Source: Pseudomonas aeruginosa
Lineage (GTDB): Bacteria > Pseudomonadota > Gammaproteobacteria > Pseudomonadales > Pseudomonadaceae
Reading direction: 5' to 3'
DNA length: 32,000 bases
Assembly (NCBI RefSeq): GCF_001457615.1
Contig: NZ_LN831024.1
Location: forward strand, 1,830,001 to 1,862,000
The position numbers were made by a program, and so were the translations under genes. Numbering within the stretch: position 1 is the first letter of the stretch; every line of letters starts with the position of its first letter. Under the pieces are notes generated by a model, which was not told where the DNA came from, made no database searches, and saw only the letters and a list, made by a program, of their open reading frames with translations. Positions 16,570 through 25,794 of this stretch are shown in pieces.

Positions 16570-18318
16570 TCAGGCGGCCTCGATCAGGTGCAGGCTGTAG
16601 CCTGGCACCGCCTTGGCCTGGCGCTTGGCCTCGGAGGCCAGCGTCGCCAGGTGCGCGGCATCCATTCCCTGGCAGGCTTCGGCCGGTAGGTGCACCACGC
16701 CGACGGACAATGACAGCAGCGGGTACTCCTCGCGCTGGCCATGGCGGTTGTGCGCAACGAAACAGCCGGCTTCCAGGTGCTCGCGGCTGTAGAAGCGCCG
16801 GCATTGGCTCTGGAAGGTTTCCAGCAACCGGTCGATCCGTGTGCGCCAGTCCTCGGGGCCGAGCACCAGCATGAAGTCGTCGCCGCCGATGTGGCCGACG
16901 AAGTCGCTGCCCGGGTCGATCCGTTCGCTCAGGCACTGTGCCAGGCACAGCAGGACCTCGTCGCCGCGGGCGTAGCCGTAGAGATCGTTGAAGGGTTTGA
17001 AGCTGTCGACGTCGATGTAGCAGATCACCGCCTCGCGCCTTTGTTGCAGCAGGCGTTCGAGGCATTGCTGAATCGGCACGTTGCCGGGAAGCAAGGTGAG
17101 CGGATTGGCGTGCCGCGCCTGCTGGAGCTTTTCCTCGGTGATCAGCCTGAGCACGTCGATCACCCGGCCCATGCCCGCATAGTGCCCGCCGCGGGTGACG
17201 ATGAAATCTTCCTCGATACGCTGGCGTGCGCGGCTGGTCAGCAGGCGGCTGACCTGCTGCAGGGTCTGGCCGAGTTCCACGGCGAGAAAATCGTCGCTCA
17301 TCAGGCGGCTGATCGGCTTGCGCAGGAACAGGTCGCAGGCGAAGGGCCGGAGCAAGGCGTCGGTGAGCGCGTGGCGATGGACGATGCCGATGGGACGCCC
17401 TTCTTCGTCGAGGATCGCCAGGGAGTTCTGGTTGGCCTGGCGGCGGAAGATTTCCACCACTTCCTGGGTCGAGGTGCGAACGTCGACCGCGCGCTGTTCC
17501 AGCAGCAGCGCACGCAGGTCGCCGTGCTCGTCGCTGGAAGACTGGCTGGGGGCGTCAGCGCTGGGCAGCATCTGTTGTACGTCGCTCGCCGGGTGTTCCT
17601 GCGGGCGGCCGAACAGATAGCCTTGCACCAGGTCGACCCCCATCTCGCTAAGTACCGCGAGTTCCTCGGGCAGTTCGATGCCTTCGGCGATGACCTGGGC
17701 GCGAGAGGCCCGCGCCATCTTCAGGATGGAGCCGACGAACTCGCGTTTCACGGTGTCCAGGTGGATGCCGTCGACGAAGTGGCGGTCGATCTTCACGTAG
17801 TCCGGACGCAGTTCCGACCACAGGCGCAGGCTGGAGTAGCCAGCGCCGAGGTCGTCGAGGGCGATGGAGAAGCCCATGGCGCGATAGTGGTGCAGCGCGG
17901 TGTCGAGCAGGTCGAAGTCGTCGATGGGGGTCTGTTCGGTCAGTTCGATCACCACCCGGTTCGGCGAGATCCCCAGCTGTTGCAGCAATTGCAGGGTGCG
18001 GCCGGGCGGATGGCCGGCTTCGAGGAGGGACTCCGGGGAGACGTTGAGGAACAGCATGGCGTCGCCCTGGATGTCGCGGAAGCGGCTGAAGGCGCGTTGT
18101 CGGCAGAGTAGTTCCAGTTCGCTCAGCCGTCCGCATTGGCGGGCCACGGCGAACAACGCCAGGGGCGAGTGCAGCGGGCTGTTGGACGGACCGCGGGTCA
18201 GCGCTTCGTAGCCGACCAGGCGCCGTTCGGAAAGCGAGAGGATGGGCTGGAACAGGCAGTGCAGGTCGCCGTGGGCCAGGATGCTGTCCAGGGCGCTCAA
18301 CTGCTCGGTGACGGTCAT
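16570..18318 (-). CDS. Bifunctional c-di-GMP protein with EAL - CBS pair - GGDEF order
   Basis: EAL domain (YEALTRG, FLNVSP, VIELTEQ, SIALDDLGAGYSSL, DYVKIDRHFVDG, VIAEGIE, VQGYLFGRP); central CBS-like region (NSLAILDEEGRPIGIVHRHALTD); C-terminal GGDEF domain with HIGGDDFMLVLG. Confidence 0.93.
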   Translation of the reverse strand: MTVTEQLSALDSILAHGDLHCLFQPILSLSERRLVGYEALTRGPSNSPLHSPLALFAVARQCGRLSELELLCRQRAFSRFRDIQGDAMLFLNVSPESLLEAGHPPGRTLQLLQQLGISPNRVVIELTEQTPIDDFDLLDTALHHYRAMGFSIALDDLGAGYSSLRLWSELRPDYVKIDRHFVDGIHLDTVKREFVGSILKMARASRAQVIAEGIELPEELAVLSEMGVDLVQGYLFGRPQEHPASDVQQMLPSADAPSQSSSDEHGDLRALLLEQRAVDVRTSTQEVVEIFRRQANQNSLAILDEEGRPIGIVHRHALTDALLRPFACDLFLRKPISRLMSDDFLAVELGQTLQQVSRLLTSRARQRIEEDFIVTRGGHYAGMGRVIDVLRLITEEKLQQARHANPLTLLPGNVPIQQCLERLLQQRREAVICYIDVDSFKPFNDLYGYARGDEVLLCLAQCLSERIDPGSDFVGHIGGDDFMLVLGPEDWRTRIDRLLETFQSQCRRFYSREHLEAGCFVAHNRHGQREEYPLLSLSVGVVHLPAEACQGMDAAHLATLASEAKRQAKAVPGYSLHLIEAA

Positions 18319-18338
18319 GGAACGCTCTCGTCGCAATG

Positions 18339-18365
18339 AAAAAGGGCCGGTTGTGCAACCGGCCC
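18339..18365 (-). terminator. Rho-independent terminator downstream of prc
   Basis: Minus strand GGGCCGGTT-GCAC-AACCGGCCC-TTTTT, a perfect 9-bp stem with T-run. Confidence 0.92.
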
Positions 18366-18413
18366 CGTATTTCACGACAGTCCCATGACTGTTTTATGAC
18401 GCTCCCGCTGAAC

Positions 18414-20510
18414 TCAGTGCTTGGCCACCGCCGAGTTGAGGTTCAGGTAGTCCAGCAGGATGTGCCCGGACTCGGTGAGGTAGGCGTCGTCCTGCGGCTT
18501 GGTCTTGTCGTCCTCTTCCGGCAGGGCGTTCTCGTCCTCGCGCTTGAGTTCCTTCAGCGGCTCCTGGCCCTTGGACTTGCGCAGGGCGTTCTCCATGGCC
18601 AACTGGCGGTTCTCGATGCTGGTCTGCTGGGCGCGGCGCTTGGCCTCGTTCAGGCTGACGGTCTTCTCCTTCATCAGCTCCTGGGCCAGCGCCAGGCGCT
18701 CGCGGGCGTAGACGAAGTCGGCGTTGTTCTCGGTGCGCGCGTCGTGCTGGGCCTTGAGTTGCGCGAGGAACGGCTTGAACGGGTTGGCCTCGTCCTTCAC
18801 CACCGGGCGGATGGTGTCCCAGGGCATCGAGTCGGGCAGGGCGCTTTCGCCGATTTCCTTGTCGTCGACGATGGACGGGTAGCTGATGTCCGGGATCACG
18901 CCCTGGTGCTGGGTGCTCTGACCGGAGACTCGGTAGAACTTCGCCAGGGTCAGCTTCAGTTCGCCGTGGTTGAGCGGCTGGATGGTCTGCACGGTGCCCT
19001 TGCCGAAGGTCTGTCCACCGAGGATCAGCGCGCGGTGGTAGTCCTGCATGGCGCCGGCGAAGATCTCCGAGGCGGAGGCCGAGAGACGGTTGACCAGTAC
19101 CGCCAGCGGGCCGGTATAGAAGGCCTTGCCTTCGTCGTCGTTGAGCACGTCGACGCGGCCGTCGCTGTTGCGCACCAGTACGGTCGGGCCCTGGTCGATG
19201 AACAGGCCGGTCAGCTCGGTGGCCTCCTGCAGGGAGCCGCCGCCGTTGTTGCGCAGGTCGAGGACGATGCCGTCGACCTTGTCCTTCTGCAATTCGGCGA
19301 CCAGCTTCTTCACGTCGCGGGTGGTGCTCTTGTAGTTCGGGTCGCCGGCGCGGTAGGCCTTGAAGTCCAGGTAGAAGGCCGGCAGGTCGATCACGCCGAG
19401 CTTGTAGCTGCGGCCTTCGTGGTCGACCTTGATGATGGATTTCTTCGCCGCCTGGTCCTCCAGCTTCACCGCCTCGCGGGTGATGGCGACGATCTTGCTG
19501 GTCTGGTCGTTCGGCGCGTTGCTCGCCGGAATCACTTCCAGGCGTACCTGGGAACCTTTCGGCCCGCGGATCAGCTTGACCACTTCATCCAGGCGCCAGC
19601 CGACCACGTCGACCATTTCGCCCTTGCCCTGGGCGACGCCGATGATCTTGTCGGAGGTGGCGATCTGCTTGCTCTTCGCCGCCGGGCCGGCCGGCACCAG
19701 GCGTACGACCTTGACGTAGTCGTTGTCGCTCTGCAGCACCGCGCCGATGCCTTCCAGCGAGAGGCTCATGTTGATGTCGAAGTTTTCCGCGTTGTCCGGC
19801 GACAGGTACTGGGTGTGCGGATCGTAGGACTGGGCGAAGGCGTTGATGTAGGCCTGGAAGATGTCTTCGCTGCGGGTCTGCTTGAGGCGCGACAGCTGGT
19901 TCTTGTAGCGCTTGGTGAGCTGTTCCTGGATCGCCTTGTCGTCCTTGCCGGTGATCTTCAGGCGCAGGACCTCGTCCTTCACCTTCTTGCGCCAGAGGTC
20001 GTCGAGCTCTGCGGTGTCCTTCGCCCAGGGGGCTTTTTCGCGGTCGATCAGCAGGCTCTCGTCGACGCTGAAGTCGATCTTGTCGACGCCCTTGTCGAGC
20101 ATCGCCAGGGCGTAGTCGAGCCGACCTTTCAGGCGGTCGAGGTGGCGCTTGTAGATGACGAAGCCGGGATCGAGGTCGCCGCTCTTGAGGAAGTCGTCGA
20201 ACCTGTTGCGCCAGCGATCGAACTCGGCGATGTCGCCGGCGGTGAAGTACATCCGCGCCGGATCGAGCATCTTCAGGTAGCTGTCGTAGATCTTGGCCGA
20301 GCGTTCATCGTTCAGCGGCGGCTTGTTGTAGTGGTGCCGCTTGAGCAGTTCCACCACGTTGAGGCTGGCGATGACCTGCTCGCGGTCCGGCTGCAGGCTG
20401 TCCCAGGAATTCTGGGCGCTGCCGACGGAGACGGCGGTCGAGGCGAACAGCGGCAGCGAACTGGCGCCGAGGAGGAGCAACAGGGCGGTACGGGGCAGAA
20501 AACGCTTCAT
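18414..20510 (-). CDS. prc: Carboxy-terminal (tail-specific) protease Prc, known as AlgO in P. aeruginosa
   Basis: Start MKRFLPRTALLLLLGASSLPLFA; PDZ domain (NMSLSLEGIGAVLQSDNDYVKVVRLVPAGPAAKS) and catalytic region (LVNRLSASASEIFAGAMQDYHRALILGGQTFGKGTVQ) with the S41A serine and lysine. Confidence 0.95.
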   Translation of the reverse strand: MKRFLPRTALLLLLGASSLPLFASTAVSVGSAQNSWDSLQPDREQVIASLNVVELLKRHHYNKPPLNDERSAKIYDSYLKMLDPARMYFTAGDIAEFDRWRNRFDDFLKSGDLDPGFVIYKRHLDRLKGRLDYALAMLDKGVDKIDFSVDESLLIDREKAPWAKDTAELDDLWRKKVKDEVLRLKITGKDDKAIQEQLTKRYKNQLSRLKQTRSEDIFQAYINAFAQSYDPHTQYLSPDNAENFDINMSLSLEGIGAVLQSDNDYVKVVRLVPAGPAAKSKQIATSDKIIGVAQGKGEMVDVVGWRLDEVVKLIRGPKGSQVRLEVIPASNAPNDQTSKIVAITREAVKLEDQAAKKSIIKVDHEGRSYKLGVIDLPAFYLDFKAYRAGDPNYKSTTRDVKKLVAELQKDKVDGIVLDLRNNGGGSLQEATELTGLFIDQGPTVLVRNSDGRVDVLNDDEGKAFYTGPLAVLVNRLSASASEIFAGAMQDYHRALILGGQTFGKGTVQTIQPLNHGELKLTLAKFYRVSGQSTQHQGVIPDISYPSIVDDKEIGESALPDSMPWDTIRPVVKDEANPFKPFLAQLKAQHDARTENNADFVYARERLALAQELMKEKTVSLNEAKRRAQQTSIENRQLAMENALRKSKGQEPLKELKREDENALPEEDDKTKPQDDAYLTESGHILLDYLNLNSAVAKH

Positions 20511-20586
20511 GCTGATTCGACTGATCGCGGAGTAATGACGCATATTAGGCCTTATTAGCCGGCGCCGGGTTCCCTTGGCGCAATGC

Positions 20587-20613
20587 AAAAAGCCCGACTC
20601 TGGGTGATCGGGC
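20587..20613 (-). terminator. Terminator-like hairpin in the prc/qor divergent intergenic region, minus-strand orientation
   Basis: Minus strand GCCCGA-TCACCCAGAG-TCGGGC-TTTTT: 6-bp stem, 10-nt loop, T-run. Confidence 0.55.
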
Positions 20614-20639
20614 CGTGACAACCCCACTATGGAGGCAGC

Positions 20640-21602
20640 GTGAACGCATTGCAAGGTATCGAAGGTCGTGTCGAGTGGTCGGAAATCGCCGCCCCGTCCT
20701 GCGGTCAGGGCGAAATCCGCATCCGCGTGGCGGCCGCCGGACTCAACCGCGCCGACCTGTTGCAGAAGGCCGGGCTCTACCCGCCGCCACCCGGCGCCAG
20801 CCCGGCGCTGGGGCTCGAGTGTGCGGGTGTGGTCAGCGAGGTGGGCGCGGGCAGCACCTGGCAGGTCGGCGACCGGGTCTGCGCGCTGCTCGCCGGCGGC
20901 GGCATGGCCGAGGAAGTGGTGGTGGACGCGCGCCACGTACTGCCGGTCCCGGCAGGGCTGAGCCTGGCGGAGGCGGCGGGGATTCCGGAGGTCTACGCCA
21001 CGGCCTGGCTGAACCTGTTCCAGTTGGCGGCGTTGCAGCCCGGCGAGAAAGTGCTGCTGCACGCCGGCGCCAGCGGCGTCGGTTCGGCCGGCATCCAATT
21101 GTGCAAGGCGTTCGGCAACCCCTGCTGGGTCAGCGTCGGTTCCGCCGAACGCCTGGCCTACTGCGAATCCCTGGGCGCCGCCGGCGGCGTGCTGCGCAAG
21201 CAGAGCCTGGAATCGCTGCGCGATTTCGCCCCGTTCGACGTGATCCTCGATCCGGTCGGCGCCCGCTATGCCGGGTTGAACCTGGAGTTGCTGCGGCGCG
21301 ACGGGCGCTGGGTGATCATCGGCCTGATGGGCGGCCGCGAGGCGCAACTGGACCTGGCTCAACTGCTAGGCAAACGCATCCAGTTGACCGGCTCGACCCT
21401 GCGTACCCGTGATGCCGAGTTCAAGGCGCAGTTGATCGCCGAACTGGGGTTGAAGGTCTGGCCATTGTTCTCCGCCGGGAAACTCCGCGCGCAGCTGGAG
21501 CGAACCTTCCCGATCGTCGACGCCGAGGCGGCGTTCGAGGCGTTGGCGAGCAACCAGGTGCAGGGCAAGGTCGTGCTGGTGGTGGACCCGTCGCTGGCCT
21601 GA
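20640..21602 (+). CDS. NAD(P)H quinone oxidoreductase, zinc-type MDR family (PIG3/QOR-like)
   Basis: GTG start after GGAGG; GEIRIRVAAAGLNRADLLQKAGLYPPPPGASPALGLECAGVV and VLLHAGASGVGSAGIQLCKAFG. Confidence 0.92.
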   Translation: MNALQGIEGRVEWSEIAAPSCGQGEIRIRVAAAGLNRADLLQKAGLYPPPPGASPALGLECAGVVSEVGAGSTWQVGDRVCALLAGGGMAEEVVVDARHVLPVPAGLSLAEAAGIPEVYATAWLNLFQLAALQPGEKVLLHAGASGVGSAGIQLCKAFGNPCWVSVGSAERLAYCESLGAAGGVLRKQSLESLRDFAPFDVILDPVGARYAGLNLELLRRDGRWVIIGLMGGREAQLDLAQLLGKRIQLTGSTLRTRDAEFKAQLIAELGLKVWPLFSAGKLRAQLERTFPIVDAEAAFEALASNQVQGKVVLVVDPSLA

Positions 21603-21662
21603 AGGGCCGCTTCGGCGAGGCGATGGAAAGCGCGATCCGCTCGCGCTTTCGCAGCGAGCCTG

Positions 21663-22313
21663 TCAGCGCCAGGCGTTGACCGGCCAGCCCATTTCCTTGG
21701 CGTAGGCGAGCAGGGTCGGGTCCGGATTGACCGTGTTCGGATGGCCGACCAGCTTCAGCAGCGGCAGGTCGTTGCGCGAGTCCGAATAGAACCAGGCGTC
21801 GGCCAGTTGGCGATCGTCTCCTTCCAGCAGGTCGAGCAGACGCAATACCTTGCCTTCGCGATAGGTGAGGGTGCCGAGGGTGCGGCCGGTGTAGTGTCCG
21901 TCGAGCACTTCGAGATCGATGGCGAGGACTTCGTCGACGCCGATCCGCGCCGCGATCGGCTTGACCAGGTGCACCCCGGATGCGGAGACGATCAGCACCC
22001 GGTCGTTGGCGCTGCGGTGGCGCGCCAGGCAGGCGCAGGCGTCGCTGTAGATCAGCGGCTCGATGACCTCCTCGACGTAGGCCTCCACTTCCCGCTCGAC
22101 TTCCTCGACGCTGCGACCGATCAGCGGTTGCAGGGTGTAGTCCATGTACAGGTCCATGGACAGCTTGCCTTCGGCGTACTGCTCCATCAGTTCGGCGTCG
22201 CGGCGGACGAAGGATTCGTCGACCCAGCCGAGACTCGCCATGCGCTGGCTCCACAGGCTGGAGCAGTCGCCGTGGATCATGGTCTCGTCCAGGTCGAAGA
22301 TCACCAGGCTCAT
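21663..22313 (-). CDS. HAD superfamily IB hydrolase (phosphoserine-phosphatase-like)
   Basis: MSLVIFDLDETMIHGDCSSLWSQRM (motif I DLDET), VLIVSASG (motif II), DAWFYSDSRNDLPLL (motif IV). TGATG overlap with the upstream ATPase stop. Confidence 0.92.
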   Translation of the reverse strand: MSLVIFDLDETMIHGDCSSLWSQRMASLGWVDESFVRRDAELMEQYAEGKLSMDLYMDYTLQPLIGRSVEEVEREVEAYVEEVIEPLIYSDACACLARHRSANDRVLIVSASGVHLVKPIAARIGVDEVLAIDLEVLDGHYTGRTLGTLTYREGKVLRLLDLLEGDDRQLADAWFYSDSRNDLPLLKLVGHPNTVNPDPTLLAYAKEMGWPVNAWR

Positions 22314-23308
22314 CAAGCTACCTCTCGAATACTGTTGCGATCGATGACCAGCGTCAGCTGACTGCCGGCCGGATACAGGCGGTCTGCGCTGCGGTTGAGG
22401 ACGTCGACGGTGAGCTCCACCCCGGCGGCCTCGACGCGGTAACGGATCACGTTGCCGAGCAGACTGTGCGAGCGTACCAGCGCCGGCACGCCTTCGCTCG
22501 GTTCGTTGCCCAGGCGCAGGGATTCCGGGCGGATCGCCACCTGTTGCGCGCAGGGCTGGCCGAGCAGGCGGCTGGCCTGTTCGGCGTCGAGCAGGTTGTA
22601 GTTGCCGATGAAGCCGGCGGCGAAGGCGTTTTCCGGCGCGGTGTAGAGGGTCTCCGCGTCGCCGCTCTGGACGATGCGTCCGGCGTTCATCAGGACGATG
22701 CGGTCGGACAGGGTCAGCGCTTCCTCCTGGTCATGGGTGACGAACACCGTGGTCAGCCCCAGCTCCTGCTGGATGCGGCGGATCTGTTCGCGCAGGTGCT
22801 TGCGGATGCGCGCGTCGAGGGCCGACAGCGGCTCGTCGAGCAGCAGCAGGCGCGGGCGCGTCACCAGCGAGCGGGCCAGCGCCACGCGCTGGCACTGGCC
22901 GCCGGAGAGTTGGTGCGGGTAGCGTGCGGCGTACTCGCCCAGTTCCACCAGTTCGATGGCTTCGGCGACCCGCTGCTTCAGTTCCGTCGCAGGCACCTTC
23001 TGCATGCGCAGGCCGAAGGCGACGTTCTGTTGCACGGTCATGTTGGGGAACAGCGCGTAGCTCTGGAACACCATGGCGATCCCGCGCTTCTGCGGCGGCA
23101 AAGGCACCACATCCTCGCCGTCGATGAGGATGCGCCCGCTGTCGACCTCGGTCAGCCCGGCGATGCAGCGCAGCAGGGTGGACTTGCCGCAGCCGCTGGG
23201 GCCGAGCAGGGTGACGAACTCGCCGCGGGCGGCGGCGAAGTCGATATCGCGGAAGATGCTGGTGGCACCGTAGCTCTTGTCGAGCTGTTCGACGCTGACG
23301 AACGACAT
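22313..23308 (-). CDS. ABC transporter ATP-binding protein (spermidine/Fe3+/phosphonate-type importer)
   Basis: Walker A GPSGCGKST, signature LSGGQCQRVALARSL, Walker B LLLLDEPLSALD, plus C-terminal TOBE-like region. Confidence 0.96.
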   Translation of the reverse strand: MSFVSVEQLDKSYGATSIFRDIDFAAARGEFVTLLGPSGCGKSTLLRCIAGLTEVDSGRILIDGEDVVPLPPQKRGIAMVFQSYALFPNMTVQQNVAFGLRMQKVPATELKQRVAEAIELVELGEYAARYPHQLSGGQCQRVALARSLVTRPRLLLLDEPLSALDARIRKHLREQIRRIQQELGLTTVFVTHDQEEALTLSDRIVLMNAGRIVQSGDAETLYTAPENAFAAGFIGNYNLLDAEQASRLLGQPCAQQVAIRPESLRLGNEPSEGVPALVRSHSLLGNVIRYRVEAAGVELTVDVLNRSADRLYPAGSQLTLVIDRNSIREVA

Positions 23309-23310
23309 GA

Positions 23311-24108
23311 TCAGGCCTTGTCCTTGTTCAGTCGGTTGGCCGCCCAGGTCAGGACCAGGACGAACACGAAGTAGGAGACCACCACTGCGCTGGTGTAGTG
23401 GCCGCTGCTGTTGCGCATGTTGTTGAGGAACACCTGCAGGGTCTCGTAGCGGGTACCGACCAGCAGGTTGGCGAAGACGAATTCGCCGATGAGGAAGGAG
23501 AACGACAGCAGCAGGGCCACCATCACGCCCTTGCGCAGGTTCGGCAGCACGACCAGCAGCGCCGCCTTCCAGGTGCTGGCGCCGAGCAGGTGGGCGGCGT
23601 CCATCAGGTCGCGCAGGTTGATCGCCTGCAGGTTGTTGGTGATCGCCCGGTACATGAACGGCAGGGCGATGGTGAAGTAGCAGCCGACCAGCACCCAGGG
23701 CGTGCCGATCATTTCCAGCGGCCCGCTGGCATAGAGTTGCAGCAGGCCCACCGAGGAGACGATCGGCGGCACCGCGAAGGGCAGCAGGATGAGCACGTTC
23801 ATTACGCCGTCCAGGCGCGGGAAGTGGTAGTGGATGACGAACATCAGCGGCAGGATCAGCAACACGCTGAACGCCAGGGCGCCGAAGCAGACCAGCAGCG
23901 AGCGGGCGAAGGCCAGCAGGAAGCGCTGGTCGCTCCACAGCGTCAGGTACCACTTCAGGGTCAGGCCGTCCGGCAGCAGGGTCGCCGACCACTGGGTGGC
24001 CAGCGAGTAGAGCAGGGTCGCCGCCAGCGGCAGGACCAGGATCAGGAACAGCGCGCAGACCACCAGGCGATGGTAGAGCGCGGCAGGACGTCGATCAGCG
24101 CGCGACAT
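23311..24108 (-). CDS. ABC transporter permease
   Basis: Hydrophobic 265 aa with EAA-like loop NLRDLMDAAHLLGASTWKAALLVVLPNLRKGVMVALLLSF. Confidence 0.94.
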   Translation of the reverse strand: MSRADRRPAALYHRLVVCALFLILVLPLAATLLYSLATQWSATLLPDGLTLKWYLTLWSDQRFLLAFARSLLVCFGALAFSVLLILPLMFVIHYHFPRLDGVMNVLILLPFAVPPIVSSVGLLQLYASGPLEMIGTPWVLVGCYFTIALPFMYRAITNNLQAINLRDLMDAAHLLGASTWKAALLVVLPNLRKGVMVALLLSFSFLIGEFVFANLLVGTRYETLQVFLNNMRNSSGHYTSAVVVSYFVFVLVLTWAANRLNKDKA

Positions 24109-24934
24109 GGTAGCTCCTGCGCAGCAGCCATTGGTGGACCAGGGTGATCAGGGTCATCAGGCCGACCAGCACCATGGCCAGGGCGCTGGCCATGTTCGGG
24201 TCGGGGAACACGTCGCCGGCGACCAGCGCGCCGATGCGGATCGGGATCACGTTGAAGTTGCCGGTGGTCAGCGAGTACACCGTGGCGTAGGCGCCGAGGG
24301 CGTTGGCCAGGAGGATGACGAAGGTGCCCAGCAGCGCCGGGGTCAGCACCGGGATGCCGATGTGTCGCCAGTACTGCCAGCCGTTGGCGCCGAGCAGCGC
24401 GGCGGACTCGCGCCAGTCCTCGCGCAGGGCGTCGAAGGCCGGGTAGAGCAGCATCACCCCGAGGGGGATCTGGAAATAGGTGTAGAGGATTATCAGGCCG
24501 GTCTTCGAGTAGAGATTGAAGTCGTCGATCCAGCCGGCCTGCTTGAGCAACAGGGTCAGCGCGCCGTTGAAGCCGAGCAGGATGATGAAGGCGAACGCCA
24601 GCGGTACCCCGGCGAAGTTGCTGGTCATGTTGGAGAAGGCCATGACGAAGTCGCGCAGGCGGCTGTCGACGTGGCGCAGCGAATGGCTGCCGAGCACCGC
24701 GATGAGCAGGCCGAGCAGGCTCGACCAGCCGGCGATCTCCAGGCTGTGGCGGATCGCCTGGCGGTAGAAGGGCGAGCCGAACAGCTCGAGGTAGTTGGCC
24801 AGGCTCCAGGCGTCGCTGGCCTTCAGGCTGTTCAGCGCGACCCAGGCCAGCGGCGCTATCTGGAAAATCACGAAGAACGCCGCGAAGGGCAGCAGGAACA
24901 GCAGCGCCAGCCATTTGCCGGAGAGTCGTTTCAT
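24095..24934 (-). CDS. ABC transporter permease
   Basis: MKRLSGKWLALLFLLPFAAFFVIFQ; EAA-like ALREDWRESAALLGANGWQYWRHIGIPVLTPALLGTFVILLANALG; 14-bp overlap with the following permease. Confidence 0.94.
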   Translation of the reverse strand: MKRLSGKWLALLFLLPFAAFFVIFQIAPLAWVALNSLKASDAWSLANYLELFGSPFYRQAIRHSLEIAGWSSLLGLLIAVLGSHSLRHVDSRLRDFVMAFSNMTSNFAGVPLAFAFIILLGFNGALTLLLKQAGWIDDFNLYSKTGLIILYTYFQIPLGVMLLYPAFDALREDWRESAALLGANGWQYWRHIGIPVLTPALLGTFVILLANALGAYATVYSLTTGNFNVIPIRIGALVAGDVFPDPNMASALAMVLVGLMTLITLVHQWLLRRSYHVAR

Positions 24935-25740
24935 GGGGCGAGCAGCTCCCGGCAGACGGGTTTGTCGTGGGCGGCGCCGAGGATTTCGCAGAGCGTGCCG
25001 CAGAGGTCGGTCTGCAGCGGTTGCGCCAGGTCGTCGCGGCTGAAGGCGTCGCCGAAGACGAACAGCGGCACCTCGCGCTCCTCCTCGAGGATGCCGCCGT
25101 GGCTGCGGTCCTCGTTCATTCCGTGATCGGCGGTGATCGCCACCTGGTAGCCGGCCGCCAGCCACTGGTGCAGGTATTCCGACAGCAGTGCGTCGGCGCG
25201 CCGCGCGGCGTTGCGGTAGGCGGGGCTGGCGAGGCCGTGCCTGTGCCCGGCGTCGTCGATGTTCATCGAGTGGACCAGCATGAAGTTCGGTGCGTGCCGG
25301 CGGCGCAGGCTTTCCGCGTCGGCGAACAGGTGCGAGTCCGGATAGTGGTCGCTCCAGTAGAAGTGTCCGCGCTGGATCGGCAGTGCGCTGTCGTCGGTGT
25401 GGCGGTCGCGGGCCGGGTCGAACGGCGCGCGGTTGTACAGTTCGCTGACCCAGTGGTAGGCCGCTGCCGCGGTACTCAGGCCGGCCGCGCGGGCGTAGTG
25501 GAACAGGCTCTGTTCCTGGCTCAGGCGGACCACGTCGTTGTGCAGGATGCCGCTATCGATCGGCGGCACTCCGGTGAGGATGCATTCGTAGAGCGGCCGG
25601 GACAGCGAAGGCAACTCGCATTCCAGGCGGTACGACTGGCCGCGGCCGGCGCCGCAGAGGGCCTGGAGATGCCCCATGCAGTCGCGGGCGACGCTGTGGT
25701 TGAGGCCGTCCAGCAGGACGAGGATGACGTCGTGGCGCAT
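24931..25740 (-). CDS. Type I phosphodiesterase/nucleotide pyrophosphatase-like (alkaline phosphatase superfamily) hydrolase
   Basis: MRHDVILVLLDGLNHSVARD (metal-binding D near N-terminus), LPSLSRPLYECILTGVPP (nucleophile region), FMLVHSMNIDDAGHRHG and VAITADHGMNEDRSHGG (metal ligands). Overlaps the permease start by 4 nt. Confidence 0.88.
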   Translation of the reverse strand: MRHDVILVLLDGLNHSVARDCMGHLQALCGAGRGQSYRLECELPSLSRPLYECILTGVPPIDSGILHNDVVRLSQEQSLFHYARAAGLSTAAAAYHWVSELYNRAPFDPARDRHTDDSALPIQRGHFYWSDHYPDSHLFADAESLRRRHAPNFMLVHSMNIDDAGHRHGLASPAYRNAARRADALLSEYLHQWLAAGYQVAITADHGMNEDRSHGGILEEEREVPLFVFGDAFSRDDLAQPLQTDLCGTLCEILGAAHDKPVCRELLAP

Positions 25741-25794
25741 TCGGGGTATCCGTCGATGCGGGGCGGCCGCCGGGGAGGGCGGCCGCGCTCCGCG

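Noticed and set aside
16741-18111. 456-aa plus-strand ORF
   Set aside because: Antisense to the EAL/GGDEF gene, whose domain motifs are clear.
18336-20558. 740-aa plus-strand ORF covering all of prc
   Set aside because: Shadow ORF opposite the tail-specific protease; no recognisable fold or start context.
18414-21362. 982-aa minus-strand ORF as a single protein
   Set aside because: Only the part from MKRFLPRTALLLLLGASSLPLFA (20510) is protease; the upstream 284 codons are antisense to the quinone oxidoreductase gene.
22313-23992. 559-aa minus-strand ORF as a permease-ATPase fusion
   Set aside because: The ATPase begins at MSFVSVEQLDKSYG (23308). The upstream part is an out-of-frame reading of the permease gene, which has its own intact frame.
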